This document shows positions 24,974-39,100 of a stretch of DNA of 64,000 nt, one piece after another (positions within the stretch are counted from its first letter, which is position 1; every line of letters begins with the position of its first letter). The notes under the pieces were generated by a model. The model ran no database searches. It worked only from the letters and a program-made list of their open reading frames with translations, and was not told where the DNA came from. A program made the translations under genes and the position numbers. Source of the stretch: Callorhinchus milii. Its lineage: Eukaryota. Location of the stretch: assembly GCF_018977255.1 (NCBI RefSeq), contig NW_024704742.1, positions 33,296,001-33,360,000 of the forward strand, written 5' to 3'.

Positions 24974-26416
24974 TACATTTGTAGAGCACCTTTCGTGTCG
25001 GGAGAATGTCCCAAGGCTCTGAACAGTCCGTAATTAGGACCCGAGCGGGGGTTGGGGAGGGTGGAGGGCAGGGAGGGTGAGGGTAGGTGAGTGGCCGAAG
25101 GCGTGGTTGAAGAGGACGTTCTTGAGGCGTGCCTTAAAGGAGGCAAGGGAGGGAGCAAGGTGAAGGGAATGTGGGATAGAGTTTCAGATAGTGGGGGCAG
25201 AGAGGCTAAAGGCCCAACTGCCAATGGTAGGGCTGACTGGGTGGGGGACAAGCAGCAGGCAAGAGCCTGCTGAGAGGAGGGAGCGGACAACTTGATAAGG
25301 GGTTAGCAGGTCAGAGAGGTAGGAAGGGGCAAGGCCATGTATGGCCTTGAAGGTGAGGATGAGAATTTTCAACTCGATCCTCTAAGGGATGGGGAACCAG
25401 TGGAACCAGGCAAGGGTGGGTGTGATAGAATCACGGAGCCTGGTGTGGGAGAGGACACAAGCTGCAGAGTTCTGAATGATCTGCAGCTTGTGGAGGGATG
25501 AGTTGGGGAGGCCGACAAGGAGGGAGTTTCCATAGTCGAGCCTTGAGGTGACGAATGCATGTAAGAGTGTTTTGGCAGCCTGAGGGGTGAGGCAGCAGGG
25601 GAGTCAGGCAATGTTGCGGGGGTGGAGGAAGTCAGAGTTGGTCATAACATAGATGTGGGGGAGAAAGGACAGTTGAGGGTCGAACAAGACACCCAGGTTC
25701 CTGACTGGCTTGGTGAGGTGCAGTGTGCATCCATGGATGCTGATATTGCCAGTGCCTGAGGTGCGGAGGCGCTGGCGCGAGTCAATCAGGAGAGCCTCAG
25801 ACTTGCTTACGTTCAACTGTGGAACGTTGGCTCCCATCCAGGACTTGATGTTTGACAGGCAGTCTGTCAGGACATCAGTGCTCCTGGGGTCGAGGATGGA
25901 GGTAGAGAGATAGAGTTGGGTGTCATCTGCATACATGTGGAAGTTGACCGGATGATATCTGCAGATGAACACCAAATGGGAGCACGTACAGGTTGAAGAG
26001 GAGAGGACCGAGGACAGAGCCCTGAGGAACACCGCACGAGACAGTGCAGGGGCTGGAGAAGCCATTGGTGGAGACAAAGTCGACAAATGCTGGTGTGAGA
26101 GATAGGATCTGAACCATTCAAGGACAGAACTTTGAAGGTTGAGGTGAGAGGAGAGACGGTGGAGGAGGATAGAGTGGTCCACAGTGTCAAAGGCAGCAGG
26201 GAGGTCGAGGAGGACGAGGAGGCAGAGGAAGCCCTGGTCACAGATGAACAGAATGCCACTTGTCACTTTGACCAGGGATGATTCCGTGCTATGGGCAGCG
26301 TGGAAATCCGATTGGAGGGGTTTGTAAAGGGAGTGGCAGGAGAGGAAAGAGTGAAGCTGGGAAGCAACAAGTCTGTCAAGGACCTTGGAAAGGAAAGGGA
26401 GGTTGGAGATGGAGAC
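24974..26416 (-). mobile_element. L2-clade LINE, 5'-truncated, degraded reverse transcriptase plus 3' UTR
   Basis: [60 protein letters not shown] across frameshifted ORFs; L2-type tail near 24974. Confidence 0.93.
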
Positions 26417-26765
26417 TGACAAGAATGACCTCTTATTTTGTGTTATCAGTCTGGTTTCCATTGGGATCAGTGGCTGTTGGTCTCTTATGCGCTTGGAGGT
26501 GGGATTACATATGCAGTCTGGTGAGTGGGTATCTGTCAAGGACATGCATTCAGGTCAACTCAGTCTGTTTGCCTACCTGCAGTTTCTGAGGGTCAGAGAT
26601 TTGTATTCAGTGTAATTTTCAGGAGCAGAGCATTACAACATCTTATATACAAGTATACCGCAGGTTTGAAAGCTTTCAGTTTTAGGCTGCTTCCAGGTTA
26701 AAGGAAGTCTTTTTTTGGCAAGTAAAAAAGCAATTTAGGAGACCATTTATGAGATCATACATAAG

Positions 26766-26935
26766 ACCATTATCTTAAGTATTTAGGACCGCACAAATTT
26801 TAGAAAATTGTTAAATTCAGACAAATTCCAATTTAAATTAGAAGCTGGGTACTAAGTTAAGATCAAATTTAAGAATTTTCCAAAATTTACGCAAATGTCA
26901 AATTTCAAAGGAATGAAATTCACAGTCTTAAGCCC
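26766..26935. repeat. AT-rich palindromic MITE-like repeat (copies also at about 43345-43475, 58778-58895, 62728-62852)
   Basis: Inverted arms 26795-26817 and 26866-26888 match at 21 of 23 positions; similar arms in the other copies. Confidence 0.65.
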
Positions 26936-27874
26936 AATAACTTATTGTCCTGAGCATATTGCGTGCTGTTCGGTGTGGGTGAACTCGCTCCAATGATGGC
27001 TGTGATTACAACTGGACACATGCACAACTAGCTTTTACCTCTAGAACTTTCATATCTAACTGAACGCAGACACAGAGTGCTGAAGGTCACCGCTCTCAAA
27101 TGGTGTTGAAGCCTCACAAATGGAATCAGCTGTGACCCTCACAAGTGCTGGACTTGAACCAGCAGCAGAAAGCTCTACACTGAATTCGCCAATTAAACTC
27201 TGCCACACACTGTGAGGAAGGAAATTTCCCACTGGGCAGCAGGTGTATTTCTGAGGGACATGTACAGTGTTGGAATTATTGTGTTTTAACTCTCCTAAAT
27301 TATCTTCTTTGCTTGCCAAAAAAGAGGTTTCCTTAAACTGGAAGCAATTTTGTTCTAAACTAATGTAACACAGGCCTAAGGAGCTGATCGAGAAGACATA
27401 TGGGGATATGCGATAGAGTTTGGATGATCACAGAGAATAAAAAGTCAATGAAAGAAGCAATGAATAATGAGAGATTTGAGGCTGGCCAGAGTGGTGATGC
27501 TCACAAGCTGTTAATGGGCTAGTAATCAGGTATGTTTCCACCCTTGACCATGTGTTATCAGGGCAAGTAATGTGCTGGTGAAGAATGGAAGAATGTTCTA
27601 TTTCCCAGCAAAATTTCCGCTCACTTTAATGTCCAAAAAGTCATGTGTACAACAAGAGAGAAGACTCATTATCCTCAAGCTGCCAAGTCATCCCTCGAAT
27701 CTGACGACTTCAAGACTGATGAATCCGTATAGCTTTGTTTGTATGACCATGTGAACAAATGTATGAGGGCAATGATTTCTTCTTGCATTAGGATTTTTAA
27801 AACTTGTTTTACATTTTTTAAAAAAATATATTCTCCAGACTTCTGCCTCCCTCCCCGAACGAATGAACTCTTAC

Positions 27875-28072
27875 CTTTGTGGCTAGAGAATGAGTAGCAC
27901 CAGCCTCAAGCAAAATAGAAGCCACGTCTTCCTGGCCCTCTCTGGCGGAAATGTGCAGCGGAGTGTAGCCATTAGTGGTGCAGGCGTCAGGGAAGGCCAT
28001 GTGCTGCAGTAACAGCTGCACAATCTCAGTTTTTCCCAGGCGCGAGGCAATGTGTAAAGGGGTCTGGTCCTC
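27875..28072 (-). CDS. ANK2: ANK2 exon, 198 nt, [14 protein letters not shown]...[11 protein letters not shown]
   Basis: cag acceptor, AAG|gtaaga donor; ORF 27818..28267. Confidence 0.97.
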
Positions 28073-28426
28073 CTGAGAAAATAGGAACATAGCAATTGCC
28101 AAATGAAGAAAGACTAAGGTCCATCTAGTCCACCTTCTACCATCCTGATAGTCTGGTGCTACCATAATGGAGATGTGGATCGCCATTAATTCTGGATGGA
28201 TTAGTTTACCAACACAGTGGAAAGCCTTGGGAACTTTAAATCCAAAGTTGCCTAGTTTAAAACACACAAATAAAACACAACATTGCTCTGCAGGTTTATG
28301 ACCCTACAGCTACATACAAAAAGACACAGAAACAGTCTATTCAGCCCAACTACTCAATACCAGTATTATACTCTACACAAGTCCTTTTATTTCCTTCTCC
28401 CTTATGTATGCATCAAGTTTTCTCCG

Positions 28427-28752
28427 AACAACAACAACAAGATTACATTTGTATAGCGCCTTTCATGTCAGGAGGATATCCCAAGGCGCTGGACAGAGTA
28501 CAGCATTTCAGACCCAAGCTGGGGTTGGGGGGGAAGGGAGGGGAAAGGGAGTGGCTGATGGCATGGTCAAAGAGGAGGGTTTTGAGGCGGGACTTGAAGG
28601 AGGCTTAGGAGGGGGCGAGGCGGAGTGACTGGGGGATGGAATTCCAGAGGTTGGGGGCAGAGTGGCTGAAGGCTCTCCCGCCAACGGTGGGGCGGGTGAG
28701 TCGGGGGACGTGGAGTAGGTCGGAGCCGGCTGAGCGAAGGGAACGGGCGGGA
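28427..28752 (-). mobile_element. L2 LINE 3' end
   Basis: Reverse complement of the 8320 type. Other 3' fragments at about 12545-12620, 13913-14087, 21440-21595, 45540-45710, 60100-60470. Confidence 0.85.
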
Positions 28753-30859
28753 TACATTGATCGCTTTTTCTTCAACCACAGTTTCCATCAGTGAGATTCA
28801 TCTTCTCACCACCCTCTGTGTGAAGTTCCATGTAAACTCCCTATTAAATCTGCTACTGCAATCCTTTACCTTCTGCACAATTCCAGTTAGAGTCACCATA
28901 CCCTGAATTTCTAGTCTAAGGATGGATAAAGGAAATAGACCTAACAACTTTTGAAACAATTTTTTTTGTAATTCTTCCTAGCAGACTCAAAATAAAAATG
29001 AATTTGGAATAAACAGTTGGGACAATTACTTTAAATAATTCATTTGAATTCCAATCATTTAGTTTTCTAAATCTATCATGTGCCATAGAAAACTTACAGC
29101 AGAGAAGAAGGCCATTCGGCCCATTGGGTCCTGTGTGTGCAGAGGGAACTGCAGGTGCCCTAAATTATATAACAAACAAGCAATGTTTGGATATTAGCAA
29201 GTTTTGAATCAACTCCATCTACTGTCCACGTGGAAGAATAGCAACAGATGCACAAATTCCAATTCTCCATGCAATTCCTGAAATTGGTTTGGAATTGTAT
29301 TCATTGCAGAGTAGTGGGTTGCCAGTATAAACATGCTACTGAAGGTAATCTATTTGCAACAGGCTACAAACAATGACATTGGAGAACACAAGAAACTGTA
29401 ACTGCCTTCTGAGGTAGAAATTTGCTAGCTTTTTTGGCCTGAGCACAAGAGAGAGCATGTTGTAGTGATCAAATATGCTTCCACTCAGAAAGAGGCAGAA
29501 GAGAAAAAGGTTTGCAGGACCAGTTTGTTCCACTCCCTCCCTGCTGATGAATGAGAGAATCTAGAGTCACTATGAAGTCCACAGCCCAGTTAAACTTCCA
29601 CTCTTGAGATGAATAAAGCAGGCCAAAGAGCAGAAGCAGCCAGTTATGGGATTGTATTCAGGAAATGTGTATTTTTTAGTATCAATGGCAATGATATCTA
29701 CTTCTTTCTTTCTCTGTAGAGTAAAGTAAAATGAACTTTCTCTTCCACAATACAATGCATCATTTATAGCTGAATGTGACTAATTTTCCTCATTTTCAAG
29801 CTATTGTCAGAAATCACTTAGACCACCTTTTGCTCTGATGGAACACAAGATTCATTCTCTGTATTACTCATAATACCCTGTAGTATTGAATCATTTTGAA
29901 GCAAATTACATAGTTTGCTAAATCTATGATGTGCCATAGAAAATTGGCGTCCTCACACAGGCACACACTGGTTTGGGATTAACAACCATTCAATAACCTA
30001 TTGACCAACTAGTTTTTATATGTGCAATGACAATACACAATATGCCTTACAATTCCTTAAAAACCACAACGATTTGCTTCTCAATAAAGGACATTTAAAG
30101 TGATTTTGCTTCCCCTTCACGCTGAGCTCTAATTTGACCGTGGAACATGGCAGGACATAAGACTTGTTTCAGCTCCTCACCTTTTCTACTGTAAATTTAA
30201 GGAACAGTTTTCTAGTGTGATTGGATGAGAGTATTTTTGAATAGAGGCTTCCGAATGCAGGCTAAACATGAGAACCAATTTAATTTCTGCTCCTTCAGTT
30301 GAGGCACTTGTCATCAAGAGGTGGCTGTACCAGATCTAAAAGTCCTGTTGTGACAACTGTATTACAATACAAATTCAGTTTTACCCCCTGCTGGGAAGTT
30401 CTCTGCTGCCTCCTCCTGCCGTGTTTCCTAAGATGATTGAGGACGTGTACAATGTCAGAGTGTTACAAATTACTAATTGACATTATGATTCTGTACAGAT
30501 AGGAACACTGTAGGGATGAAAGAAACGGAAGAAAGAAAGATCGGTTGTAAACGTTTTATGTTGCCCCCTTCAAATAAAAGTGGTCCTGCCAGTTCTGTTG
30601 TCGGAGGGAAATTTGTGGGATGTGAGAAGTTGGGATGCTTGTGAAGATCAGAAGTTCAACTACCTCTAAACAGTTGAAATCTATTCCCCTTTACAATAAC
30701 AAAGGGTAACTCACATCATCATGCCCTTTCAACATGCTGATCCTAAATCATTGCTTGAAACAACATTTGACTCATACACCTTTGCTTGGTGTCACCATCG
30801 GTTTTAGTGTAGTTCTTAAGTACACCAGAGACCTTTCAGCCTTTTGCTGGGAAACCTAC

Positions 30860-30958
30860 CCTGGCTTTAGCGTCGACAAGTGCCCCATTGCGCAGCAGGC
30901 ACCGAACAACTTCCACCTGCCCTGCTCGTGCGGCCATGTGCAGTGCAGTCTCTCCACG
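30860..30958 (-). CDS. ANK2: ANK2 exon, 99 nt, [33 protein letters not shown]
   Basis: cag acceptor, AGG|gtaggt donor. Confidence 0.96.
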
Positions 30959-31704
30959 CTGAAGAAAGAAAAGGACGTCAAAACAAATAAAGGAGGTATC
31001 TCATTCAGCGACACCTACCTGTGCTGTAAAAGACAACTATCAACACAATAGTTCAACATGATAAGCCGCACAAAATCAGAAACATTCAGTAGGATATTTT
31101 ACGTTAAATATACCTGTATTGGGAACTGAATATTCTTCAGTTTATGAGATTTCTTAAGGGGTGTGAGTACTATTGTGGGCTGAGTGGAGTTGCCTGGTTA
31201 ACTTCAGCGCTGATTTACTGACCAGGGAGAAGTGACTTAACCCCACATACTTGAAGTATGTCAGTGTATGTAAAAGTGTCAACCTGTAATGCCTCTGGCA
31301 CTCAGTCGAATGATCTCAATGGAAAGAGTTAAGGCAAATTTTGTTGTACCATCATCTAGGCAGTTTGCCTTCTTAAATAGACTAAAAGTATTTTGAGTGT
31401 AATTTTGCCCACGGCAAGTATGGTAACAGTAATAATTTTAGGTAAGAATAGACCAGCAGATAACCCCATGATAGTTCTAACTTAATTAGTTTACTGCTGT
31501 TTAATATTGCATTGGATGGAATTTGTGACACTTCATGACAATCTTGATATGTCACAAGTAAATCTGTAATAAAATGTTATAAATTAGATTCTACTATCTG
31601 CATAAATGTCACCAAATTTCAAGATCTAATTAAACTGCAAATGCTCCAATATCATTGCATTCACTCCGAACAGTAGCTCGCAAAGATGAACTTGTTTTCA
31701 TTGA

Positions 31705-32065
31705 AAAGAAGATGGAGAGGGGGCTTTATTCAGGTCTTACAATACATCATCTCTGCTAAGATGTAATGTATGCAGGCTGTTTGACTTAAGACTGCAAGAA
31801 TGGAACTAGAAGGTATGAATTTAAAATTTAAATGTCTCCGGTCAGACAAGTGATTAGAAGATTTATTTTTCTCTGACAATTGTAGAAATGTATCTACTAA
31901 CCTTTTCAGAATTTCTGTGCTGCTAATGCAGCTACGGCATTTGAAGAGGACGAATATAAAGTGAGGGAGCCAGGAATTGGGATTAAAATAGTTATCTTCA
32001 GTGAATAAGTTTCCATATTAGGCTTGATGGATCAAGTGATCTATTATATTTCCTTGTTCCTATGA
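31705..32065 (+). mobile_element. Degraded CR1 3' end
   Basis: ttgaaaagaagatggagaggggg...ggcttgatggatcaagtg; CR1-like layout. Confidence 0.6.
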
Positions 32066-32372
32066 AGCAGATAATCTACTCCACTTCTGAAGAGTTGCCC
32101 TGAAAATGTTCAATGTTAACTTCTTTGCCTCTTAGATATTTGGTGGAGCCCATGGAATCTCCCACCAGAGTAGCTTGTCCATGGCACCACAAAGATATGT
32201 TTTGTGCATCTGGTTCTTAACCAGTCTGCACACAGCAAACTCATTGATTTTGATGAGATTATTATTTTGTAAAAGGGGTTACGAAGAAATCCCATGCAGA
32301 CAGAATATATACCAGTAAATCACTAGACAATCTGTTGTGCACATTCTTTTAGTTAAAGCTAGCCATACTCAC

Positions 32373-32471
32373 AATGTTAGAAACATCTGGAGACGCTCCA
32401 TTCTGCAGCAAAAGTAGGACTATATTCAAGTGGCCCATGAAGGCAGCCACGTGTATCGGTGTAAGGCCAGA
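32373..32471 (-). CDS. ANK2: ANK2 exon, 99 nt, [33 protein letters not shown]
   Basis: cag acceptor, ATT|gtgagt donor. Confidence 0.96.
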
Positions 32472-32558
32472 CTGTGAAACAAAGCAACAGGTGTTTTACT
32501 CCTCTGCATTTTAAATTGGTATGACCAAGGAAATAGTTAGAGGTTAAAACGTTTCTAC

Positions 32559-32657
32559 CTCTGTTATAGCTTGGATTGAGGCCCCGTATTTCACAAGAAG
32601 CTCCATCACTTTGACACGGTTTTTCTTGCATGCAATATGTAGTGGAGTAAAACCATT
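32559..32657 (-). CDS. ANK2: ANK2 exon, 99 nt, [33 protein letters not shown]
   Basis: cag acceptor, GAG|gtagaa donor; followed by an 87-nt intron. Confidence 0.96.
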
Positions 32658-32896
32658 CTGCACAAAAAACAATCAGGTTAGCATTTTGCATTCACATAAA
32701 ACCATGCCCAAAACATCACACTAGCATCATGCTTTTACATGTCATACTACATCACTGTCTATAATCCAAGGCGTTTTTTCTTTAGTTGTCAATGAAAACG
32801 TGTCTTCAGTTGTATTGTGTTAATATTATCTGTTAGGTAACCATACTTAGATCGATTGCTCCTCTGATGGACAAGCTTTGAAACGTTTAGTTATCA

Positions 32897-33290
32897 GCCT
32901 GGCTCGGTCGGGAGCTTTCTTGCCTCTGAGTCAAAAAGTTGTGGGTTCAAGCCCCATGATGGGACTTTGAGCTCACAGTCTAGACTGACTCTAATAAAGT
33001 GTTGGGGGATTGCAGCATTGTCAGGAGTGCTATCATTCGAATGAATTTTTAAATGAATGTTCCCTCTGCCTATTCAGGTTAAAATCCCATGGCACTACTC
33101 AAAAAAAAAAGGGAATTTCTCCCGGTGTCCTTGCCAAAGGTCCCCCAAATAAATTTGGTCATTCATTTCATAGGTGTTGTGGGACATTGCTATGTGGAAA
33201 TTGTCTGCCTCAGTTCACCTACAAAATACATTCACTACACTTTTCAGTAAAATCCTGTGAAATGCTTTGGGACTGCCTCCCGAGCTCAAG
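32897..33290 (+). mobile_element. Older Deu-domain-like SINE
   Basis: Same head and core order as the 53655 copy. Confidence 0.78.
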
Positions 33291-35527
33291 GAATATGATT
33301 ATAACTTATCAAAACTCACAAAGTAACTCCTTTCAAAAACCCTTTCCATGTTTAATTCTAGCATTTGATGTTGCCTTGTAATTACTGCCCTTCCTATCAG
33401 ACTGACTCAGAACACCGCTTTGCATGTGCAGGTTCAGCTTCAGAATACAAAGCTTAAATCCACTTCTACTGAACAGGTCTCAGTCCAACACTCACTCATC
33501 TTAGTTACTACTGTATTACCCACAGCACTTAATTGTAAGTAATATTAATAAATATAAATGTAATAAATAACCCATTCAATAAAATAAACAGAAATTAATA
33601 TTTTACTACCAAAACATTGCAAACCAGTTATCTTCCTACGAACCCGGTAGACTGGTGCTGTTATGATATGCTCCAGCATTAATGTAAATGACTCGCATGC
33701 ATAAGCAGACAACTCCTTCTTCCTCGTGGGCTGAATGCCTTCTTCTATGCTGTAAATTTCTACAGTTCTCTGAAAGCAATTATTTATTGTCTGTCAGACG
33801 GACACAATTCCAGCATGTTGATGGGGTCATTTGGATAGGTATCAGAAATCATTTCGGTTCAAAGGGGCTTCTGCTGCCTCAGGCATTCCAAACACAAGAG
33901 CTCCAATTGCAGGTAGAAACCTAGCAATTTGCTATTGTGGTGCATACGTCAATGCATATAATTCACAACATCCCAAGGTAACATTTTTATGTCAAAACTT
34001 GACAGCTAGAAGGCACAACCTGATCAAAGAAAAACGTCTAATGAAATTCTCTACACAGTGGGCCTCAAAGGGAACAGAAATAAGGAATGGAGTTATCACC
34101 AGAACAGAAAATGGAGTTCAACATGCCTATAAAACCTATCCTCTGCATCTCGCTTTAGGTCTCTTCAATTGTAATGGGGGAAATTCCCATTCGCAGCTAA
34201 CATCGCCTAAGGCGCCTCATGGAGCACCAGCTGGAATTTCAGGCTGCCCTTAACTTCGTGAGACTGGTTTCACACAGCTTCGCTGAAAATTCAGTGCCAG
34301 CACCATGCTTAGATTTGTATTTGTAGGTGAAACTATATTTTCTCTGCCAAAGTGTTAATCGAAGCATCAACAACCTTTGCGCCTCTGCAACATTTTAGCT
34401 TAGTAAAATCCTTAAAAAATTAAATATTAATCATCTATTAATTTACAGGCCTTTGTTATGCACCAATGTTACATAGAGACAGATAACAAATACTGTTCCC
34501 ATAAGAATATGTGATAGAGGTTAAAGGGACATTTTGTTGTATGTTTTTTTGGGGGAGGAATTAATTTTTTGCACTTGCAGCATGCAGTGCATTTATAAGC
34601 AACATAGGTCTGAGATTTTAAATATTCAATTAAATGCATGACTGAAAGTCATTACCCAACCATTCTTAACTTTGAAAGTACATCTGGATAATAATAAGAA
34701 AATAAATCACACTGAAATGAAACAGCTTGTCTGATGCTAACATAATAGCTATGCTTTGTGCAACCTCTTAACCTCAGCTTCAGGTGAAAGGAACAATGCT
34801 CAGGTGCATTCTTCGGTTTACCATTAAAATCAATAAACTAAACAAATCAAATTGATCAGAAATTGGTATTCTTCAGACCCCTTATAAACATAATATATTC
34901 AGTAACTGGAAGTACCACGTAGTCATGATCGTTTATGTACTGTGTCAGTGACATCTACAGCTATATACTTTTATGGATTGAAGTTCTTTCAAATTTAGTG
35001 CCTGTTAAATAAGATGATTCCTTTTAATTTACAAAATGTGTCAAATTTGCTTTGAGGTGCGATGATTCCTTTAGAGTTAACTAACTGCAGACTGAGAAAT
35101 CCATGTTATTTGTTCAGAGGCTGGGATGTTCATCCAGAGCAAATAAGAATATGAATGGAAATAAATATTCAGAGAGCCGAAAATCCTCACTTTAAGAAAA
35201 TGGTCTGAACCTTTCGATAGGCCATTGGGTTATCATTGAAGAGTGTGCAGAACTTGTGGAAAATCTAAAACAGAACTGTATAAAACTTCCAAATTAAGCC
35301 TGAATTAATCATTTAAAAATTTCCACGTAATATAAATATACAATCACAAACATATATGGCATACAGAATTTGATAGCATATTCAGATCGTAGGGACTACT
35401 TACGGTAGCCCAATTAAGTGTGATTGTGGGAATAAGCTTACTTGTAACAAGCCGAGTTGTTCATATATGTAACTACTGATACATTTACTGCATTTGTGAA
35501 GCTAATTTATACAAGAACTGTATTTAC

Positions 35528-35725
35528 CAGCGCCCTGGCATTGGGGTTGGCCCTCTTGTCCAAAAGAAGCTTGGTGACCCTGTAGTGGCCGCAGTGAGCA
35601 GCAACGTGTAACGCAGTCAGATAGTCAAGTGTCACGTCATCCACAGGAGCCTTGTGCTGCAGCAAGTGCTTGACACATTCCACGTGATCTCCCTGTGCAG
35701 ACATGTGCAGTGGCGACAAACCGTT
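35528..35725 (-). CDS. ANK2: ANK2 exon, 198 nt, [14 protein letters not shown]...[10 protein letters not shown]
   Basis: cag acceptor, CTG|gtaaat donor; two ankyrin repeats; ORF 35507..35791. Confidence 0.97.
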
Positions 35726-36057
35726 CTGTCCACACAAAGGGGACGGGGAGAAAGAGGTGATTATCATTAAATTACTGACTGAAACCATCACATTCTTTCA
35801 CACAGGGAGAAACAAGCCAGCTCTTCATTGCTTCCTTTCAGCTAGCGTTTTCTCAGCAGAGCATTCACCCATTTAATGGAGCTTCTTCCCATGGGGCAGT
35901 ATCTTAATAGAAACTTTAGCAAATTTGTACAAATTGATACAATTGGCGTTGCAACAATGGATTTTGCACCTTGGAAACCACATTATTTCATTATTTCTGT
36001 CATTTATACATAAATAATCTAAGATATAGTTTTAATCATTGGTATTTATTTGAATAC

Positions 36058-36156
36058 CTTTGTCCTGGCAAGCATTGGCGCTCCCCTTTCAAGCAGAATT
36101 TCTACAGCTCCATCATGTCCACTCCTTGCTGCACAGTGAAGGGGGGTCAGGCCATC
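36058..36156 (-). CDS. ANK2: ANK2 exon, 99 nt, [33 protein letters not shown]
   Basis: cag acceptor, AAG|gtattc donor. Confidence 0.96.
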
Positions 36157-39100
36157 CTGAAGTAAAGGAAGAGCACAAGTTAGCCACTTGTGGCTGGATG
36201 CAATGGTCAAGGTCTTTAATAAGACACTGCAATGCAGAAGAGCATCTGCGGTAAACTAATCAGCAATATTCTTCACCTTCAATCCCATGATTACATTTTA
36301 AGAACTATTTGTTTGAAGATATTCTGAGAAATAATCAAAGCCCTTCATAAAACTTAAAATGTTAACTTTCAAAATGTTGAATATATATTGCCATTATTTT
36401 TATTACCAAATCCATGCCCTCAACTGTCGTGTTGAAATGAGCCTCAGCTGCAATGAACTGAATGTTCAATTCCTGGCCTACACATCTGAAATGTCCAAGT
36501 GAAATACAGAGAGCACCAACCTTTGGCAATGAAATGTAAGGAGGTGGGGGAGAGATTCGGGATTACAAGCTTTGAGCCGCTAGGTTTCAATAAGGTGTAA
36601 TTACTTTCAACTATATCTACAGAGTGAATTTTTACTTTTTTGCAACTGTCAGAATAAAGAGCCTCATTCTTCTGAGAGCCAATGCTAACAATCAAGGCAA
36701 GTCAGGAAGAGACATGTCTTTGCTAAAATTGCTGCACTGGAGAACTACCTTGCCTCTGAAGTCACAGCGTAACTGGAAAGACGAGGTGATCTTTCTCTTG
36801 CTCCCAGATTGTTTGCAACACAGCAGAAACAGCTGAAGAATGTTGAATGAAACACTCAAAGAGGAAGGTAGCAGACACATTTCCATAGCTGTTAGTATTT
36901 GGCTAAAAATAAGAGTTCAATGACAGAAGAAAGCATGACACAATGTGGCTGAGGATTAAATAAATACATGTGAAAAATAAATAAAGTTCATGTGAAATGT
37001 GAATGTTGGGAACGATGGAAATGTTGGCGCTGAAGCGGGATGCCCTATGTGATAGGCACCTTGTGGGTACAGGCGTAACAATGAAAGCAACAGATAATTC
37101 CAATAGACAGTGTATAATAAAACAATTAGTTGCAAAATAACACAGGGAAGTGCTCTTTTGTTTGCAAGGTAACAGGAACAGAAATAAAATCATTATAATT
37201 GATGGTATTTTGGTCATGCATCTAGATGGTCTCATTGCTGCTGTCAAATCGCATATGAACTGTAGCAGGGCACAGCTCAGCACACCAACAAGCTGATATT
37301 CCAATAACATGTGGATTAGTAAGGTCATTAACTGTTGTCTTATCTTTCCATGAAATTAGCTGATGTAAAATGACAGAATTTCTTTTTTGGTCAATTAACT
37401 TGGGCGTATTTCAGACTGATCCAAATCCTGCCTGAGGTCCCCATCAGTGGTACATGAACGCTTTGCAAATTCAGTCAAATAAACTCATTCAATTCTAATG
37501 ACATACAGTACTTTTCCTCTACTGCAGTGTCCTCGACCACTGTTTGATCTATTATCCCAGGTACATTTGACAAACAAATGCTAAAGGTGCAATACGGATT
37601 TAGCATCATTCAATGGTGATGCTCCCTGCTTCCTACAGCGCCTCCGGGTTGGTGATTTTTAAAATGAAATTGACGTGAATAGCTGCAGTATAAGTTTGCT
37701 TTTACTTCAGTTGTTGAACAATACGTTTAACCATTTCTGGACCATTTTAGGGTTTTTTAAATATTAATAATAACCCTTGCATTTGATATTATTTGAAATT
37801 TGACTGTAGTTGTTGCTATAATAAAGTTAAAACTCTGTTTTGTTACTTTTGACAAGTTGAATTTAGATTTACAGGATTACCTGTTCTTGTAATTTGCTGA
37901 GATGTAGCTTTCTTTTGTGCAGGTTCGAGCAACAGCAATGGGCATAGAGCAATGGATACTCCAGAGTGACAGGACGTTTTGTGAATGGTTAATAACATAT
38001 AAAGGATAAAGGAGTCTGATCTACTAACTGGACAGTATATGGTGGTGATATATCCAACAGATGCACAACGAGCACAGAACACATTGCAGTTGTGAATCAA
38101 CCGAAACTGAATAAATAACAAGATGTTTTTCTGTCGATGTTGCAGTTTGTATATCAAGTCTTTTCCATTGTTAGCCTGCCTCACAGGAGAGCTGGCAACT
38201 CCGAGATGAGAGAAGTGTTAGTCTGGAAAAGTGGAAAGGAGGAGCCAGGTGTCTTCCCCTTTAAATGCAACAGACAGACATGCAACACTGAACCTACCTC
38301 AGTAATACCCTACAAACCCATGGCCATATCAAACCCATGGCATGCGGTCAAAGCAAGAGAAAGAGACACCAACAGTGTCAAAACAATGTCACCTCAGCAA
38401 CACACACACATGATATAAATAAACCACACACCATGTTTTCATGACCCTTATGCTCTCTTTCATGTCAAGTGCCCAGTTGAGATCGGAAATTTGTGAAGTG
38501 AAAAAAATATTCTATTTCTTTTAAAATATTTAAAAATGACAGATTTTGCACGAATATTATCTCTCTGGGTTTGGATGAGATATGATCCACTAGGATTTAT
38601 TCCTGATGGAACATGGGTTGCATTTCACACAATAAAGCCTTATTTCTCAAATAAATACTGTAGGCTGAGATCACTTGTATGACTGGTGTATCTGAATAAT
38701 AAGATCGCAATATTAGTATAGGGGTAAATTTACATTAATAATAATATTATTTTTATTATAATTTACAGTAAATAAAACAATAAAATAAAATAAGAGGGAA
38801 ACATGGAACTCGCCGCAGTTGAAATGCACATTTCCTTATATGTCTACTGGATCTGCACTGCACAAGAAGAGCGGTAAAATGGCTCTAATATTCAACCTCA
38901 GTGAGTGCTTATGCTGGTCTACATCTATGACTGACTAATGAAAGGAATGTCTACACATAATTATGTCCTATTCAGGTTTTACTTTCTATTTTAACATGGG
39001 AAATTAACTCTCTGAATGTTGACCTACCCTTCCAGCTTTTCAAACAGTTGCAACTATTTTTCATTGAAAATTTACACAACTGAATGTTTTGATGATAAAT

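Noticed and set aside
25604..26545. 313-aa ORF, the longest in the track
   Set aside because: Frameshifted L2 reverse transcriptase relic, not a host gene or an intact element
33688..34253. Overlapping plus-strand ORFs suggesting a nested antisense gene
   Set aside because: No recognisable domain or convincing splice structure; lengths are compatible with chance
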